The position numbers and the translations under genes are program-made. The notes beneath the pieces are model-generated. The model saw nothing but the letters and a program-made list of their open reading frames with translations, was not told the DNA's origin and did no database searches. A DNA stretch of 64,000 nucleotides from an uncultured Nitrospiraceae bacterium (GTDB lineage Bacteria > Nitrospirota > Thermodesulfovibrionia > Thermodesulfovibrionales > Dissulfurispiraceae). Position 1 is the first letter of the stretch. Each line of letters opens with the position of its first letter. Positions 33,990 through 43,995 of the stretch are shown piece after piece. The DNA is taken from positions 64,001-128,000 of the forward strand of contig CAVPIW010000010.1 in NCBI GenBank assembly GCA_963705105.1, written 5' to 3'.

Positions 33990-35225
33990 CGGGAATGAGA
34001 ATTATAAACTTTCACCTTGGATATCTCAAGACCACCGGGCCGATTGGGGACGTTGTGTCCCGCATGTCATTATGGGAATCAGGAATAGACGTAGTCAATG
34101 ACATTCCGGACACAACGTCCTTGAGATCGATACTATAATGCTATAATGCTTTTCCGTATATTGACGCTGCAGAAGGAGAACAGCCATGATCCGCTCTCGA
34201 AGGCGCCAGGTCACTTTCGCATATCTCATCGCTGTACTATTGCACTTTGTTGCCTGCGGCACAGACAGCGTCATGACATGGACCAAGACCTTTGGAAGTG
34301 TGAGCACCGATAATGCTGGCGAAGTCATGCAGACGTCCGACGGTGGATATATCTTTACAGGGTCGGTGCATTGCCGGGGAGGCCGCAACTGCGATGTTTA
34401 CCTTGCCAAGTTCGACGCGAACGGCAATGTCCTCTGGGAGCAAACGTACGGAGGTGCAGACAATGATAGAGGCAACTCAGTGCAAGAAACGCTTGACGGG
34501 GGCTATGTGGTTCTGGGAACGACTTCTTCATTTGGCAATGTACAGGGTGGGCACGTTTATCTCATTAAGACTGATGGAAAGGGTGATATCCTCTGGCAGA
34601 AAACATACGGTGGCAAAAGGCAGCAGGACGGCAGGAAGGTCCGGCAGACCTCCGATGGGGGCTACATCATCGTAGGGAGTTCAAATTCATTCTCCGGGGA
34701 GGAAGACACACGGGATGTCTATCTGATCAAGACCGATAGGAGAGGCGAAATAGAGTGGGAAAGGACATACGGGGGACCCGGATATGATGACGGAACCTCA
34801 GTTCATCAGACGCTTGACGGTGGATACGTTGTGGTTGGCCGCAAAGGATCTTTCAGGGAAGGAGTTGAGAACTCAGGAAATGTGGCAGACCTCTATCTCA
34901 TAAAGACGGATGCGGCCGGTGCCTCTCTGTGGGAAAAAACATACGGAGGGAAGGGTTTGAGTGCCGGACATTCCGTTTTACAGACGGAAGACGGCGGCTA
35001 CTATGTCACAGGTACGACGGACGCATTCAGTACGCCTAATGAATATGAAGCATATGTGATCAGAACAGACGACGAAGGGATCGTGCTTTGGGAGAAGACT
35101 TATAAGGGACCCGTCGCTGATTATTGGCATCCGAATATCGGCATAGTTGATACCGGATATTTTATCGCTGGTACCACCGGTCCGAACGGGGCACACATGC
35201 AGATTTTTCTCATAAAAATGGATAA

Positions 35226-36732
35226 CTCAACTTTCGCACATAGAAATCTGGAGCGGGGCACTGAGAAATGAGGGCAGAGCACCCATAAAGTTGGTCATAA
35301 ATTGCTCCAGTCTTCGGGAGGAGAGTGAAAGAAACCTCCTCAATTCTTCCTTCAGCACGTCCATGACGATAAGCATTGCATCCACAAACCCAAGGCCCTG
35401 TGCCTCATCGCAATGAGCATAAAAGAGCATCCCGATCGTTCGAGGGTCCTCACTTTCCCGCTTTTCCATCGCCAGCATGATGTACCGGCAACACACAATC
35501 GTTGTATGAGCGATCATCGCGTCATACCGCCGCCCCATGAACTCCTTCGCAAGCTTCAGGTGCGATTTCGCCATCTTGAAAAATACCTCGATGTCCCACC
35601 GCCTCCCATAGGTCGTGATGATGTCCTCGTCACTCAGTGCCGTATCCGTCGACAAGACGGCAAGCCACTTCCTGCTCCTGCGGTCCCGCACAAACACGAT
35701 CTTCGCCTCGACGACCTTTCCTTCCTCATCAACGCCGAGCCTGACAATGACGGATGCCAGAACCTTCGCCCGTCCCCTTTTCTTCCTTACAGAGGCATAC
35801 AGTTTGCTCAGCGTCACTTTCCTGTCCCCAGAGCCGTACAAGACTTTGGTATCTTTGAGCATGCAAATGCAATGAAACTTCTCCTTCAGGACGTTCATGA
35901 TCACGGAGGGGCTCGAAAACCACCGGTCAAACAACACATACTGCGCGTCAATCCCGGACGTCTTGATCTGTTTGATCAGGTCAAACATCGTCTCCGTTGC
36001 CTTCTTGATGCTTTCCGCCCGCCTCTTGTATCCGTTGGTCCGTTTGTCAATCTCGTTGTTCATTTCGCAGAGGCGATTGTCCGCCTTCACCGAGCTCAGC
36101 AGAGAAAACGCCACAGGCAGAAAACTCACCCCGTCAGACCAGCCCACCGTCAGCATCCGGAATCCCCGGCGGTATTTCTGCTCACAGTGATCGTACACCC
36201 GTGCCAGAAGTTCCACCACCTTGCTCCTGTTCCGGCTGAACAGGGAATCATCGATGATGAGCACCTTGATCCTCTCCGCAGAGGTCAATGTTGCGACCCG
36301 GTCTTTGATGATCGATGCGCTCAGCAGCAACAGAAACTTTCTCCAGTTGTAGCGAGACGAGTTCAAGAACCGATACACCGGGTCTTTGCCCGGATGGCCC
36401 TCAGCCGCTGCCATGTGCAGTGTTCGATACAGGTTCTTTCCTGTAAATACCAACAAAAAGATAAAGCGAAACAATGCAGCGCAGGGGATACCCCGCTCCT
36501 TGGTGAAGTTGGACTGCTTGAGAATCCGGGCGACATGATGGGTGCGGAGAAATGTGCTTGCGTAATTCTGAACATCCTCATTTTGTGGTACAATGCTCAT
36601 AGAACATCCCCTCCTCGTCTTTGTATGTTTCGCGACAATATTGTACAAGGTTTGGGGATGTTCTTTTTAGTTTTTTCTGTTCATTCCCTTATCAGACGCC
36701 TTTTCATGACGGTTTTCTATCTGCGAAACTTG
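35226..36732 (-). mobile_element. IS4-family-like insertion sequence with target-site duplication
   Basis: TIR tcaactttcgcacataga / tctatctgcgaaacttga; direct repeat aatggataa at 35217-35225 and 36733-36741. Confidence 0.9.
35227..36600 (-). CDS. DDE transposase (IS4 superfamily)
   Basis: LIIDDS, VLFDRWF, YGRRWDIEVFFKMAK (YREK motif). Confidence 0.92.
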   Translation of the reverse strand: MSIVPQNEDVQNYASTFLRTHHVARILKQSNFTKERGIPCAALFRFIFLLVFTGKNLYRTLHMAAAEGHPGKDPVYRFLNSSRYNWRKFLLLLSASIIKDRVATLTSAERIKVLIIDDSLFSRNRSKVVELLARVYDHCEQKYRRGFRMLTVGWSDGVSFLPVAFSLLSSVKADNRLCEMNNEIDKRTNGYKRRAESIKKATETMFDLIKQIKTSGIDAQYVLFDRWFSSPSVIMNVLKEKFHCICMLKDTKVLYGSGDRKVTLSKLYASVRKKRGRAKVLASVIVRLGVDEEGKVVEAKIVFVRDRRSRKWLAVLSTDTALSDEDIITTYGRRWDIEVFFKMAKSHLKLAKEFMGRRYDAMIAHTTIVCCRYIMLAMEKRESEDPRTIGMLFYAHCDEAQGLGFVDAMLIVMDVLKEELRRFLSLSSRRLEQFMTNFMGALPSFLSAPLQISMCES

Positions 36733-37047
36733 AATGGATAAAAACGGCAATATTGTCTGGGAGAGAATATATGGAAAGACATCTACCAATTTCAGCTCCG
36801 TTCAGAGAACGCGGGATGGTGGCTACATAATCTCGGGCAGCACAAATGTGGATGTCAGAGCTTCGTTTTCGGGAGGCAATGGTTCGGATTTTTGTCTAAT
36901 AAAGACCGATCGTTTCGGCAACGCGCAATGAGGATTTATTGCAGCGCTATTGGAGTTCAATCGGGGACGTTGTTTCCCACATGTCAGTATGGAAATGAGG
37001 ACAAGGAACAGACGTGGTCAATGACACCCAGGACACAACGTCCCCTT

Positions 37048-37254
37048 TGGCAAATGAAAAGGCGGGGCGAAACGCCTCAAAGCCTTGCTGAAGGCGACGA
37101 TACGCCTCGTCATCTTCGTGTTTCAGGATTTCACTCTTTGTGTCATCGACCATTAGCGTTTAGTTCATCTTTCGTTTTGATACAGGTGTCGCCGCAGCAA
37201 GGTTTTCGGCGCATACACCCCGCCTTTCCGGATGGCGTATGCAGCGATAAGGTT
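37048..37254. repeat. E1 element, reverse orientation
   Basis: aaaaggcggggcgaaacgcctcaaagccttgctga...ccccgcctttccggatggcgtatgcagcgataagg. Confidence 0.85.
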
Positions 37255-37314
37255 AAGACAAGGAAGAACGAAAATATTGTGATTTAGGTATATTGAAGGT
37301 ATAATTTATATACT

Positions 37315-37575
37315 ATGGAATTCGAGTTCGATTCGGAAAAGAATGATAAAAACAAGGAAAAACACGGGATCGACTTCTATGAGGCACAAGCGTTGTGGGA
37401 TGACCCCGACTTGATCGAGATTCCGGCAAGAACAGCGGATGAACCCAGGTTTATGGTCATTGGAATGATTGCAGGCACACATTGGTCAGGAGTGATATCG
37501 CATCGGGGCAATGCCGTGAGGATGATCTCTGTACGGCGATCCCGCAAAGAGGAGATTGACATATATGAAGGCTAA
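37315..37575 (+). CDS. brnT: BrnT-family toxin
   Basis: MEFEFD.EKN..NKEKHGIDF, EPRF, VRMISVRRS. Confidence 0.9.
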   Translation: MEFEFDSEKNDKNKEKHGIDFYEAQALWDDPDLIEIPARTADEPRFMVIGMIAGTHWSGVISHRGNAVRMISVRRSRKEEIDIYEG

Positions 37576-37789
37576 GGAATTCGACAAAAGGTTTGACGAA
37601 GGTGACGATGTTTCGCAGTATCTTGACATCTCAAAGGCCAAGAGACCGGTGCAGGAACAGAAACGGGTCAACGTCGATTTCCCGCTGTGGATGATTCAGT
37701 TGCTGGATAAGGAAGCCAAACGGTTAGGGGTACCCAGGCAGTCTATCATCAAACTATGGGTGGCAGAGCGGCTGAAAAAGGCATCCTGA
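37565..37789 (+). CDS. BrnA-like (CopG) antitoxin
   Basis: EFDKRFDEG, KRVNVDFPLWM, LGVPRQSIIK; overlaps brnT. Confidence 0.85.
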   Translation: MKAKEFDKRFDEGDDVSQYLDISKAKRPVQEQKRVNVDFPLWMIQLLDKEAKRLGVPRQSIIKLWVAERLKKAS

Positions 37790-37885
37790 GTTGTTCCAAC
37801 CAGTCAATCCGGCGGATCGGCCATAAACCGGCCTCAGGCTGATATTTTCGTCAGCCTGTAAAAAGCAACAACACTTTTCGCTGCA

Positions 37886-37920
37886 CGACGGGGGCCGTTT
37901 CCCCGAACGGCCCCCGTCGT
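37886..37920. terminator. GC-rich hairpin between convergent genes (terminator or REP-like)
   Basis: acgacgggggccgtt...aacggcccccgtcgt. Confidence 0.65.
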
Positions 37921-37955
37921 ATTCCTTTCACTGACACTGAAACTGCATCACTGGC

Positions 37956-38222
37956 TTACTTCTTCTTCGCCGCCTCCTTGGACTCGATGCTCGCGGCCTT
38001 CATCTGGTACTTAATGGTCACCTTGGACCCGACTTTCACGTCACCGGTGATCTTCGTGTCTTTGTCCTTGGCGATCTCCCATTTCTCCTTGCCCTTCTGC
38101 ACCGTAATGGAGTTGTCCTTGACCTCCAGGACCGGGCCGGTGACCTGATAGGTCTCCAGTGCCGATGCGATCACGGCTGACAGAAGGATGACGGCGGCAC
38201 ACAACGCGACAAGACGTTTCAT
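37956..38222 (-). CDS. Small secreted protein (OB-fold-like)
   Basis: Signal peptide; YQVTGPVLEV, VKVGSKVTI. Confidence 0.8.
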   Translation of the reverse strand: MKRLVALCAAVILLSAVIASALETYQVTGPVLEVKDNSITVQKGKEKWEIAKDKDTKITGDVKVGSKVTIKYQMKAASIESKEAAKKK

Positions 38223-38271
38223 CGAAAATCTCCTTTTGTCGGAAATATGGAAAATTAGCGAACAACCTTTT

Positions 38272-38862
38272 CTACTTCAAGGCATCCGGAATAGGCATGT
38301 CAAGGCTTGTCAGCAAGTCAGCAGTTTTCCCCTTGACGGATTTCAATGCGTCCATAGCCTCTATTGTTTTCCCGGCTTTGAATGAATCCTGAGCCCCCGC
38401 CCACATCTTCTTGACATCTTCAAGTCCGGTCTTTGCTGTATCGGCGGCGGCCTGCTTGGCCTTGCTCTTTGAAAGAACATCTATTCTGCTCTGGATTTGG
38501 TCAAAAACCTTCGGAAGTCCGGCGCTCGTGCTTTCCCATGCCTTTGCCAACTCGGCTTTCTTGCCCTCTGTGATGGCCTTGACGATTTCTGAAGCCTTCG
38601 CCGGGATTTCCTTTGCCGCTGCGAGTGCTCCCTTGAAATCATTCTTTGCAAGGCTGTCCTTAGCGGCTGTCAGCTCTTTCTCGACAGCACCGTACTTTTC
38701 CGCCGCATACTTCATTGCTTCATCCTTATTAATTGCCTTCATTGCCTCTTCAGCCGCCTTGACGGCGGTTGTCGCCGGTCCTTTCTCATCGGCGCAGGCG
38801 AATAAAAATGCTACGCATAAAAAAGCTGCAAACAATGCCATAATCTGTCTTTTCATCAGCAT
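38272..38862 (-). CDS. Helical Ala/Lys-rich lipoprotein
   Basis: Lipobox LFAC; RBS aggagg. Confidence 0.8.
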   Translation of the reverse strand: MLMKRQIMALFAAFLCVAFLFACADEKGPATTAVKAAEEAMKAINKDEAMKYAAEKYGAVEKELTAAKDSLAKNDFKGALAAAKEIPAKASEIVKAITEGKKAELAKAWESTSAGLPKVFDQIQSRIDVLSKSKAKQAAADTAKTGLEDVKKMWAGAQDSFKAGKTIEAMDALKSVKGKTADLLTSLDMPIPDALK

Positions 38863-38896
38863 GTCCTCCTTGAATATGTTGCAGGTGGTTGGTTGC

Positions 38897-39136
38897 TTAC
38901 GGAATCCGGAGCTTCTGCCCGACCTTGATAAGATCGGGGTTATCCAAAATGTCCTTGTTCGCTTCGAATATCTGCATATACAAGCCCGCATCGCCATAAT
39001 ACTTGGCAGCTATTTTCGATAGCGTATCTCCCTTTTCTACCTCATGCCACTGAGCGGCATCCCATGCGCCTTCCTTGTTTGCGTCGCTCTGTTCCGGTGA
39101 AAGTGAAGGTTCAGACTGATTCGGTTCCTCAGGCAT
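38897..39136 (-). CDS. LysM domain protein
   Basis: HEVEKGDTLSKIAAKYYG...IFEAN...NPDLIKVGQKLRIP. Confidence 0.9.
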   Translation of the reverse strand: MPEEPNQSEPSLSPEQSDANKEGAWDAAQWHEVEKGDTLSKIAAKYYGDAGLYMQIFEANKDILDNPDLIKVGQKLRIP

Positions 39137-39369
39137 TTTTACCTCCTTGAGATCATGAAGTGTTCATCACGCATTCTCAATGGACGACTCCGGCGGCATC
39201 GCATGTTGAAGTGGCGAAGCCTCCTATCACCTCCTTCTTGTCGCACAAACAGATCTTCTGAAAATATGCCTCCGCAACCCCGGCATTTCCAAGCCTGTTT
39301 CCATTATATATGACAAGCTCAAATATTCATAATCGGCGAAGATATCCTAAATGCTTTCTTGAGACGATG

Positions 39370-39727
39370 TGAGCGGTCTCACAACGGCAGCAGGGTCAGC
39401 ATTTGGTTGGCGAGGCTCACGAGGGCCACGAGGACGATGAGCATTGCGATGATGTTGATCAGGAGATGGATACCTTCCATCGTGCCTTTTGTGATTGCAT
39501 CCATCGTGCTCGTTGCGGTCTGCGGGGGGACAAGTTTTCCCGAGGTGACGCTCCCCGTCCCGGGTATGAGGATCTGGGACAACATGATTGCGGCCGGTAT
39601 GAGGCGCCTCGATCATCCCGAGAAAGACATTGGCTGCCGCCCCGAGGCCGACGGCGCCGCCCACGCCCATGGTCTTTTGGAGCGCCCAGGAAAAGGCCCT
39701 GACGATGACGGGGAGTATGCGCCAGTA
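39370..39727 (-). pseudogene. nupC: Internally deleted second copy of nupC
   Basis: Near-identical segments to 32731-32755, 33128-33343 and 33510-33635. Confidence 0.9.
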
Positions 39728-40384
39728 CTTGCTCGATGCAGATGACAATATGGCAGCTTCTGTTCGGAAAACTGTTCACTTCTGTGTAAAACTCCGCACA
39801 AACAGGAACGACCCTCGCAGAAAGTCCAAGAAAGGGATTTCACTGAACCGCTATCAAAATCATTGGGTTCTAACAGGGCAGGAGAAGGCCGCTTCCTGTG
39901 GAATGGTAATTGCTCAAGTGACTGAGCATCGGCGAGACTGACCTTATCTGCCCGACGAGTGAACGCGGTTCATCCGGCATGATGGATCTGCTGCCAAGCA
40001 AGGGCGAAGGGTTCGGAATCCAACGCCAACAGGGCGTCTCAAAAAGACGTGAGGGAAAAATGGGAAGAACGGTTGTAGCAGGATTTGCTGCGGAAGGCGG
40101 TGATGGGGAGACAATGACACATACGAAGAACTCTTTCGGAATGACAAAAGAAAGGATGATCATCTTCTATCCCGACAGGATTTCAATTGAGACCCAGGGG
40201 TCTGTCCCTCTCTCATGGAAAAGCAAGATAAAGAGCTTCATACAACGTCTCAGACAGTCCTGGCAGCTCCCAAGACCATGAATCATAGTCACTGAACGCC
40301 TTTGGGAAAAGATGACGGCGGCACGCACCACATCAGCCCTCCCGTCCGGGTGTTCGCGGTCTGCTTCCGGCTGTCGACGACCAG

Positions 40385-40639
40385 TGACTTAATGACTGTT
40401 ACGGTGGTATCTTTGCCCCGCCTTTTCATGCGACCGCGAGGTTAACGTCCAATTGCATGAAAGGGCGGGGCGAAGCGCTCTGAAAAACAGTGTCAGTGTG
40501 AGTGTCAGTGTCAGTAAAAAGGCTCACTTTTCGGCCATTGGCTTGAAACGCCGTCATTTGCGATGTTATAGGTGTCGCCGCATCAAGGTTTTCCGCGCAT
40601 ACACCCCGCCCCTTCAGTCCGGCGTATGCAACATTAAGG
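40385..40639. repeat. 8-mer repeat, E1 right-arm fragment and reverse E1 variant
   Basis: gacttaatgact; ccccgccttttcatgcgac; ttgcatgaaagggcggggcgaagcgctctgaaaaacagtgtcagtg...ggcgtatgcaacattaagg. Confidence 0.85.
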
Positions 40640-41912
40640 TTAACTTCGCGCCGGGGCGAGGAGTTCGAGGACCTTTTCAACGGCCTTTTCCGTCGCACCG
40701 GCATTATCCTGAACGATCCTCTTCGCCGCAGTCCCCATGGAGGCCCTGAGGTCCGGCTCCGAGAGGAGGCGGAAAAGGATGTCGTACAGGCCGTCCCGGT
40801 CGGTGTGCACTGCCGCTCCGCGGCGGTAAAAGTCCTCGGCAAAGGGGAAGTTCTCCATGTGGGGGCCGCAGACGATCGCTTTGCCCCAGCATGCCGGCTC
40901 GAGGGGGTTCTGCCCGCCGTGTTCGATGAAGCTCCCGCCCATAACCGCTATATCGGCAGCCCCGTATGCCGCGGCGAGCTCGCCCATGACATCGACAAGG
41001 ACGACGGACCCCCTGATGTCCCCCCCGCTTCCCTCAAGGATGTCTGACCGCCTGATCACAGTCACGCCGCGGTTCTTCAGTATAGTCCTCCACTTCTCCG
41101 AACCGCTCGGGATGCCTCGGCACGACGATCAGGTTGAGATCGGGGAAACGGGACAGCAGCCTCACATAGGCGTCGACGACAAGGTCTTCCTCCGTCCTGT
41201 GGGTGCTGCCTGCAATGATGACAGGCCCGGCGAGGCGTTCCGACCACGCCGGCGGGGCAGGAGGCGCGAGGACGTCGAACTTGAAATTGCCCGTCACGGT
41301 CACACGGTCCGCAGGGGCGCCGAGCATTCTGATCCGTTCCGCATAAGTGTCGCTCTGCATGCAGAAGAGCCTGATGAGCCCGAGCGTCTCTTTCATGAAA
41401 AACCGTACCCTCCGGTATCCCGAGAAGGACCGGTCGGAGATCCTGCCGTTCACGAGCGCAACGGGGATCCCCCGACCGCTTGCCATCCGCACGCAGTTGG
41501 GCCAGAGCTCCGTCTCCATGATCACGAGGAGGGCGGGGTTGATCCGCCTCAGGGCGCTGCTGATGATGCCCGGCAGGTCAAAGGGCATGTAAAAGATGTC
41601 CGCCACGGCGCCGACGCGCTCCCGGGCGACCTTCTGTCCCGTGTCGGTGACTGTCGACAGGGCGATGCGCAGGTCGGGCCGGCGAGCTTTCAACGCCTTG
41701 ATGAAGGGGACCGCGGCCGCCACTTCGCCGACTGAGACGGCGTGGATCCACAGGCAAGGCCCTTTCTGTTCCCGCTGCGACAGGGAAATACGACCCGTCC
41801 TCTCCCGTATCCACCGATTGCGGACCTCTGTTGGTCTCTTGAAATATTCGACGGGAAGAAGTATGGTCAGGGCGATTCCGTAGAGGACTGTGTACGCGCC
41901 GGAAAGGAACAT
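40640..41912 (-). CDS. waaA: Kdo transferase, apparent frameshift near 41083
   Basis: WIHAVSVGE, METELWPN, NGRISDRS, AGSTH, PRHPERF; then MGEL, GGSF, GGQNPLEPA, GPHMENF in another frame. Confidence 0.9.
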
Positions 41913-41922
41913 ACCCGGAGAG

Positions 41923-43677
41923 CTACTCCTTTTCGGCGTCTGTTGCGACAAAGGTGCGGGGTTCGCGTTTCCCCGACGTTTCGAGCTCGTAGAGCCTGCG
42001 GTAGAGACCGTCTTTTGCGAAGAGGTCGTCATGGGTCCCCGTCTCGACGATTTTGCCTTTTTCGAGGATGATGATCCTGTCGGCTTTCTTGATCGTCGAG
42101 AGCCTGTGGGCGATCACGAAGGTCGTCCTGTTTTCCATGAGGGTGTCGAGGGCTTTCTGGACCATCTTCTCCGATTCGGAGTCGAGGGACGATGTCGCCT
42201 CGTCGAGGATGAGGACCGGGGGGTTCTTCAGAAGGGCCCTGGCGATGGAGATGCGCTGCCTCTGTCCGCCCGAGATCATTACACCCCGTTCACCGATAAC
42301 CGTGTCGTAACCCTTCGGGAGTTCGAGGATGAAATCATGGGCATAGGCCGCCCGGGCCGCGTTCCTGATCTCCTCGTCCGTCGCGTCGGGCTTGCCGAAG
42401 GCGATATTCGCCCTGACGGTGTCGTTGAAGAGGATGATGTCCTGGCTCACAAGGCCGATCTGTCTCCTCAGCGACGGAAGACTTGCCTCGGCGATATTCC
42501 TGCCGTCGATGCGGATGGAGCCCTCCACAGGGTCATAGAAACGGGGGATGAGGTCGACAAGGCTCGTCTTGCCGGCCCCGCTTCTGCCGACGATGGCGAT
42601 GATCTCGCCCTTCTTCACCGAAAGGGTGACATCGTTGAGCACATAGTTCTTCGACGTCGGGTATTTGAAGAACACGTTTTTGAACTCGAAGGACTCCCTG
42701 ATCGTCCCGATATCCTCCTTCCCCTCGTCCTCATGTTCCCTCTCGAAGAGCTCGTCGAGGCGCTCCATCGTCGCCTTGGACTGCTGGATGGCATTGTTCG
42801 CCGAGGCCAGGCGGCGGGCCGGCGTGTATATCATGAAGATCGCCGTCAGGAATGAGAAGAACTCGCCGGGTGACATGACGCTCGTGATGACGAGCCGTCC
42901 GCCGTACCAGAGCACGAAGGCGATGCCGACGGCCCCGACGATTTCCATGAGCAGTGACGTGAATTCAACGAGCCTGGTGGTACGCATGACGTTCCGGTAA
43001 TACTCCTGATTTTTCCTGCGGAATGTCCCGGAAAGTGCCTGCTCCCTGCCGAAGACCTTGACCATCTTGATGCCGTTCAGCGTCTCCGTCAGGAATTCCG
43101 TGAGGACGGAGATGTTCTTCTGCGCTTCCTTGCTGACACCTTTCAGTCTCTTTCCGAGCCTCCCGGCCCCGTAGAGGGCGGCGGGCAGCACGGTGACGGC
43201 AATGAGGGTGAGGTCCCACCGGCGGTAAAAAGCGATACAGATGAGCACGATCGCCGTGGCCCCCTCAACGAAGATGTCCTTCACGGCGCCGGCGAGAAGG
43301 CTCTGGAGCTGCGCAGCGTCGTTGATCGCCCTCGAAAGGATGGAGCCGCTCGATTCCTTCTTGAATTCATCGACGGGCATGAAGAGCAGGTGATCGTACA
43401 GACGGTTCCTCATGTCCCGGACGAGTTTCACGCCGGCCCCCCTCATCAGGTAGGCCTGAAAAAAGGAGAAGACGCCCCTGAGGAGATAGAGGACAAGGAC
43501 GGCAACGGGCATGAGGGTGAGAAGGGTCATGTCCTTCTCGATGAAGATGCCGTCCAGGGCGGGTTTGACGATCCAGGCGAGCCCTCCGTTCAGCCCCGAG
43601 ATGAAGAGGCTCATGAGCGCGGCGACGGCGATCATGCCCCAGTAAGGTTTGACGAGTTTGAAGAGCCTGATGATCAT
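41923..43677 (-). CDS. msbA: Lipid A export ABC transporter MsbA
   Basis: TM domain, GRSGAGKT, ISGGQRQR, LDEATSSLD, IAHRLST; lpx context. Confidence 0.9.
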   Translation of the reverse strand: MIIRLFKLVKPYWGMIAVAALMSLFISGLNGGLAWIVKPALDGIFIEKDMTLLTLMPVAVLVLYLLRGVFSFFQAYLMRGAGVKLVRDMRNRLYDHLLFMPVDEFKKESSGSILSRAINDAAQLQSLLAGAVKDIFVEGATAIVLICIAFYRRWDLTLIAVTVLPAALYGAGRLGKRLKGVSKEAQKNISVLTEFLTETLNGIKMVKVFGREQALSGTFRRKNQEYYRNVMRTTRLVEFTSLLMEIVGAVGIAFVLWYGGRLVITSVMSPGEFFSFLTAIFMIYTPARRLASANNAIQQSKATMERLDELFEREHEDEGKEDIGTIRESFEFKNVFFKYPTSKNYVLNDVTLSVKKGEIIAIVGRSGAGKTSLVDLIPRFYDPVEGSIRIDGRNIAEASLPSLRRQIGLVSQDIILFNDTVRANIAFGKPDATDEEIRNAARAAYAHDFILELPKGYDTVIGERGVMISGGQRQRISIARALLKNPPVLILDEATSSLDSESEKMVQKALDTLMENRTTFVIAHRLSTIKKADRIIILEKGKIVETGTHDDLFAKDGLYRRLYELETSGKREPRTFVATDAEKE

Positions 43678-43774
43678 GTGAGTGACAGTGACAGTGTGAA
43701 TGACGGTAACATGTAATTTCCTGTTTTCATTTGAACGGCTGTTCCCAAACCTTGTCTCTGCTGACTCTCCCATG

Positions 43775-43990
43775 AACCTTGTCGCCGCAATGAGATGTCC
43801 AGAAAGGCGGGGTGAATGCGCCGACAAGCCTCGGTGCTGCGAAACCTTTGCCTTCCCATAAAGACACTATTAGGCTCATGATCGATGTCACAAAGGGTGA
43901 ATTCTTGATACACCATAATAAACGATCACACTCGCTATCAGCGAGGCTCTGAGACGCGTCGCCCCGCCTTTTCATGCAATGGATGGGTTA
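43775..43990. repeat. E1 element between lpxB and msbA
   Basis: aaccttgtcgccgca...aaaggcgggg...ccccgccttttcatgcaa. Confidence 0.9.
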
Positions 43991-43995
43991 ACGAC

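Larger units (their letters stand above)
34186..36931 (+). pseudogene. Beta-propeller-like repeat lipoprotein interrupted by an IS4-like element
   Basis: Lipobox-like FVAC; repeats QT.DGGY...YLIKTD..G...WEKTYGG; frame restored (LIKMDKNGNIVWER) once the IS and one copy of the direct repeat are removed. Confidence 0.85.

Noticed and set aside
35413..36741. 442-aa plus-strand ORF
   Set aside because: Antisense to the IS4-like transposase
39728..40330. Short ORFs 39630..39941 and 39979..40281
   Set aside because: No recognisable motifs; probably degraded foreign DNA
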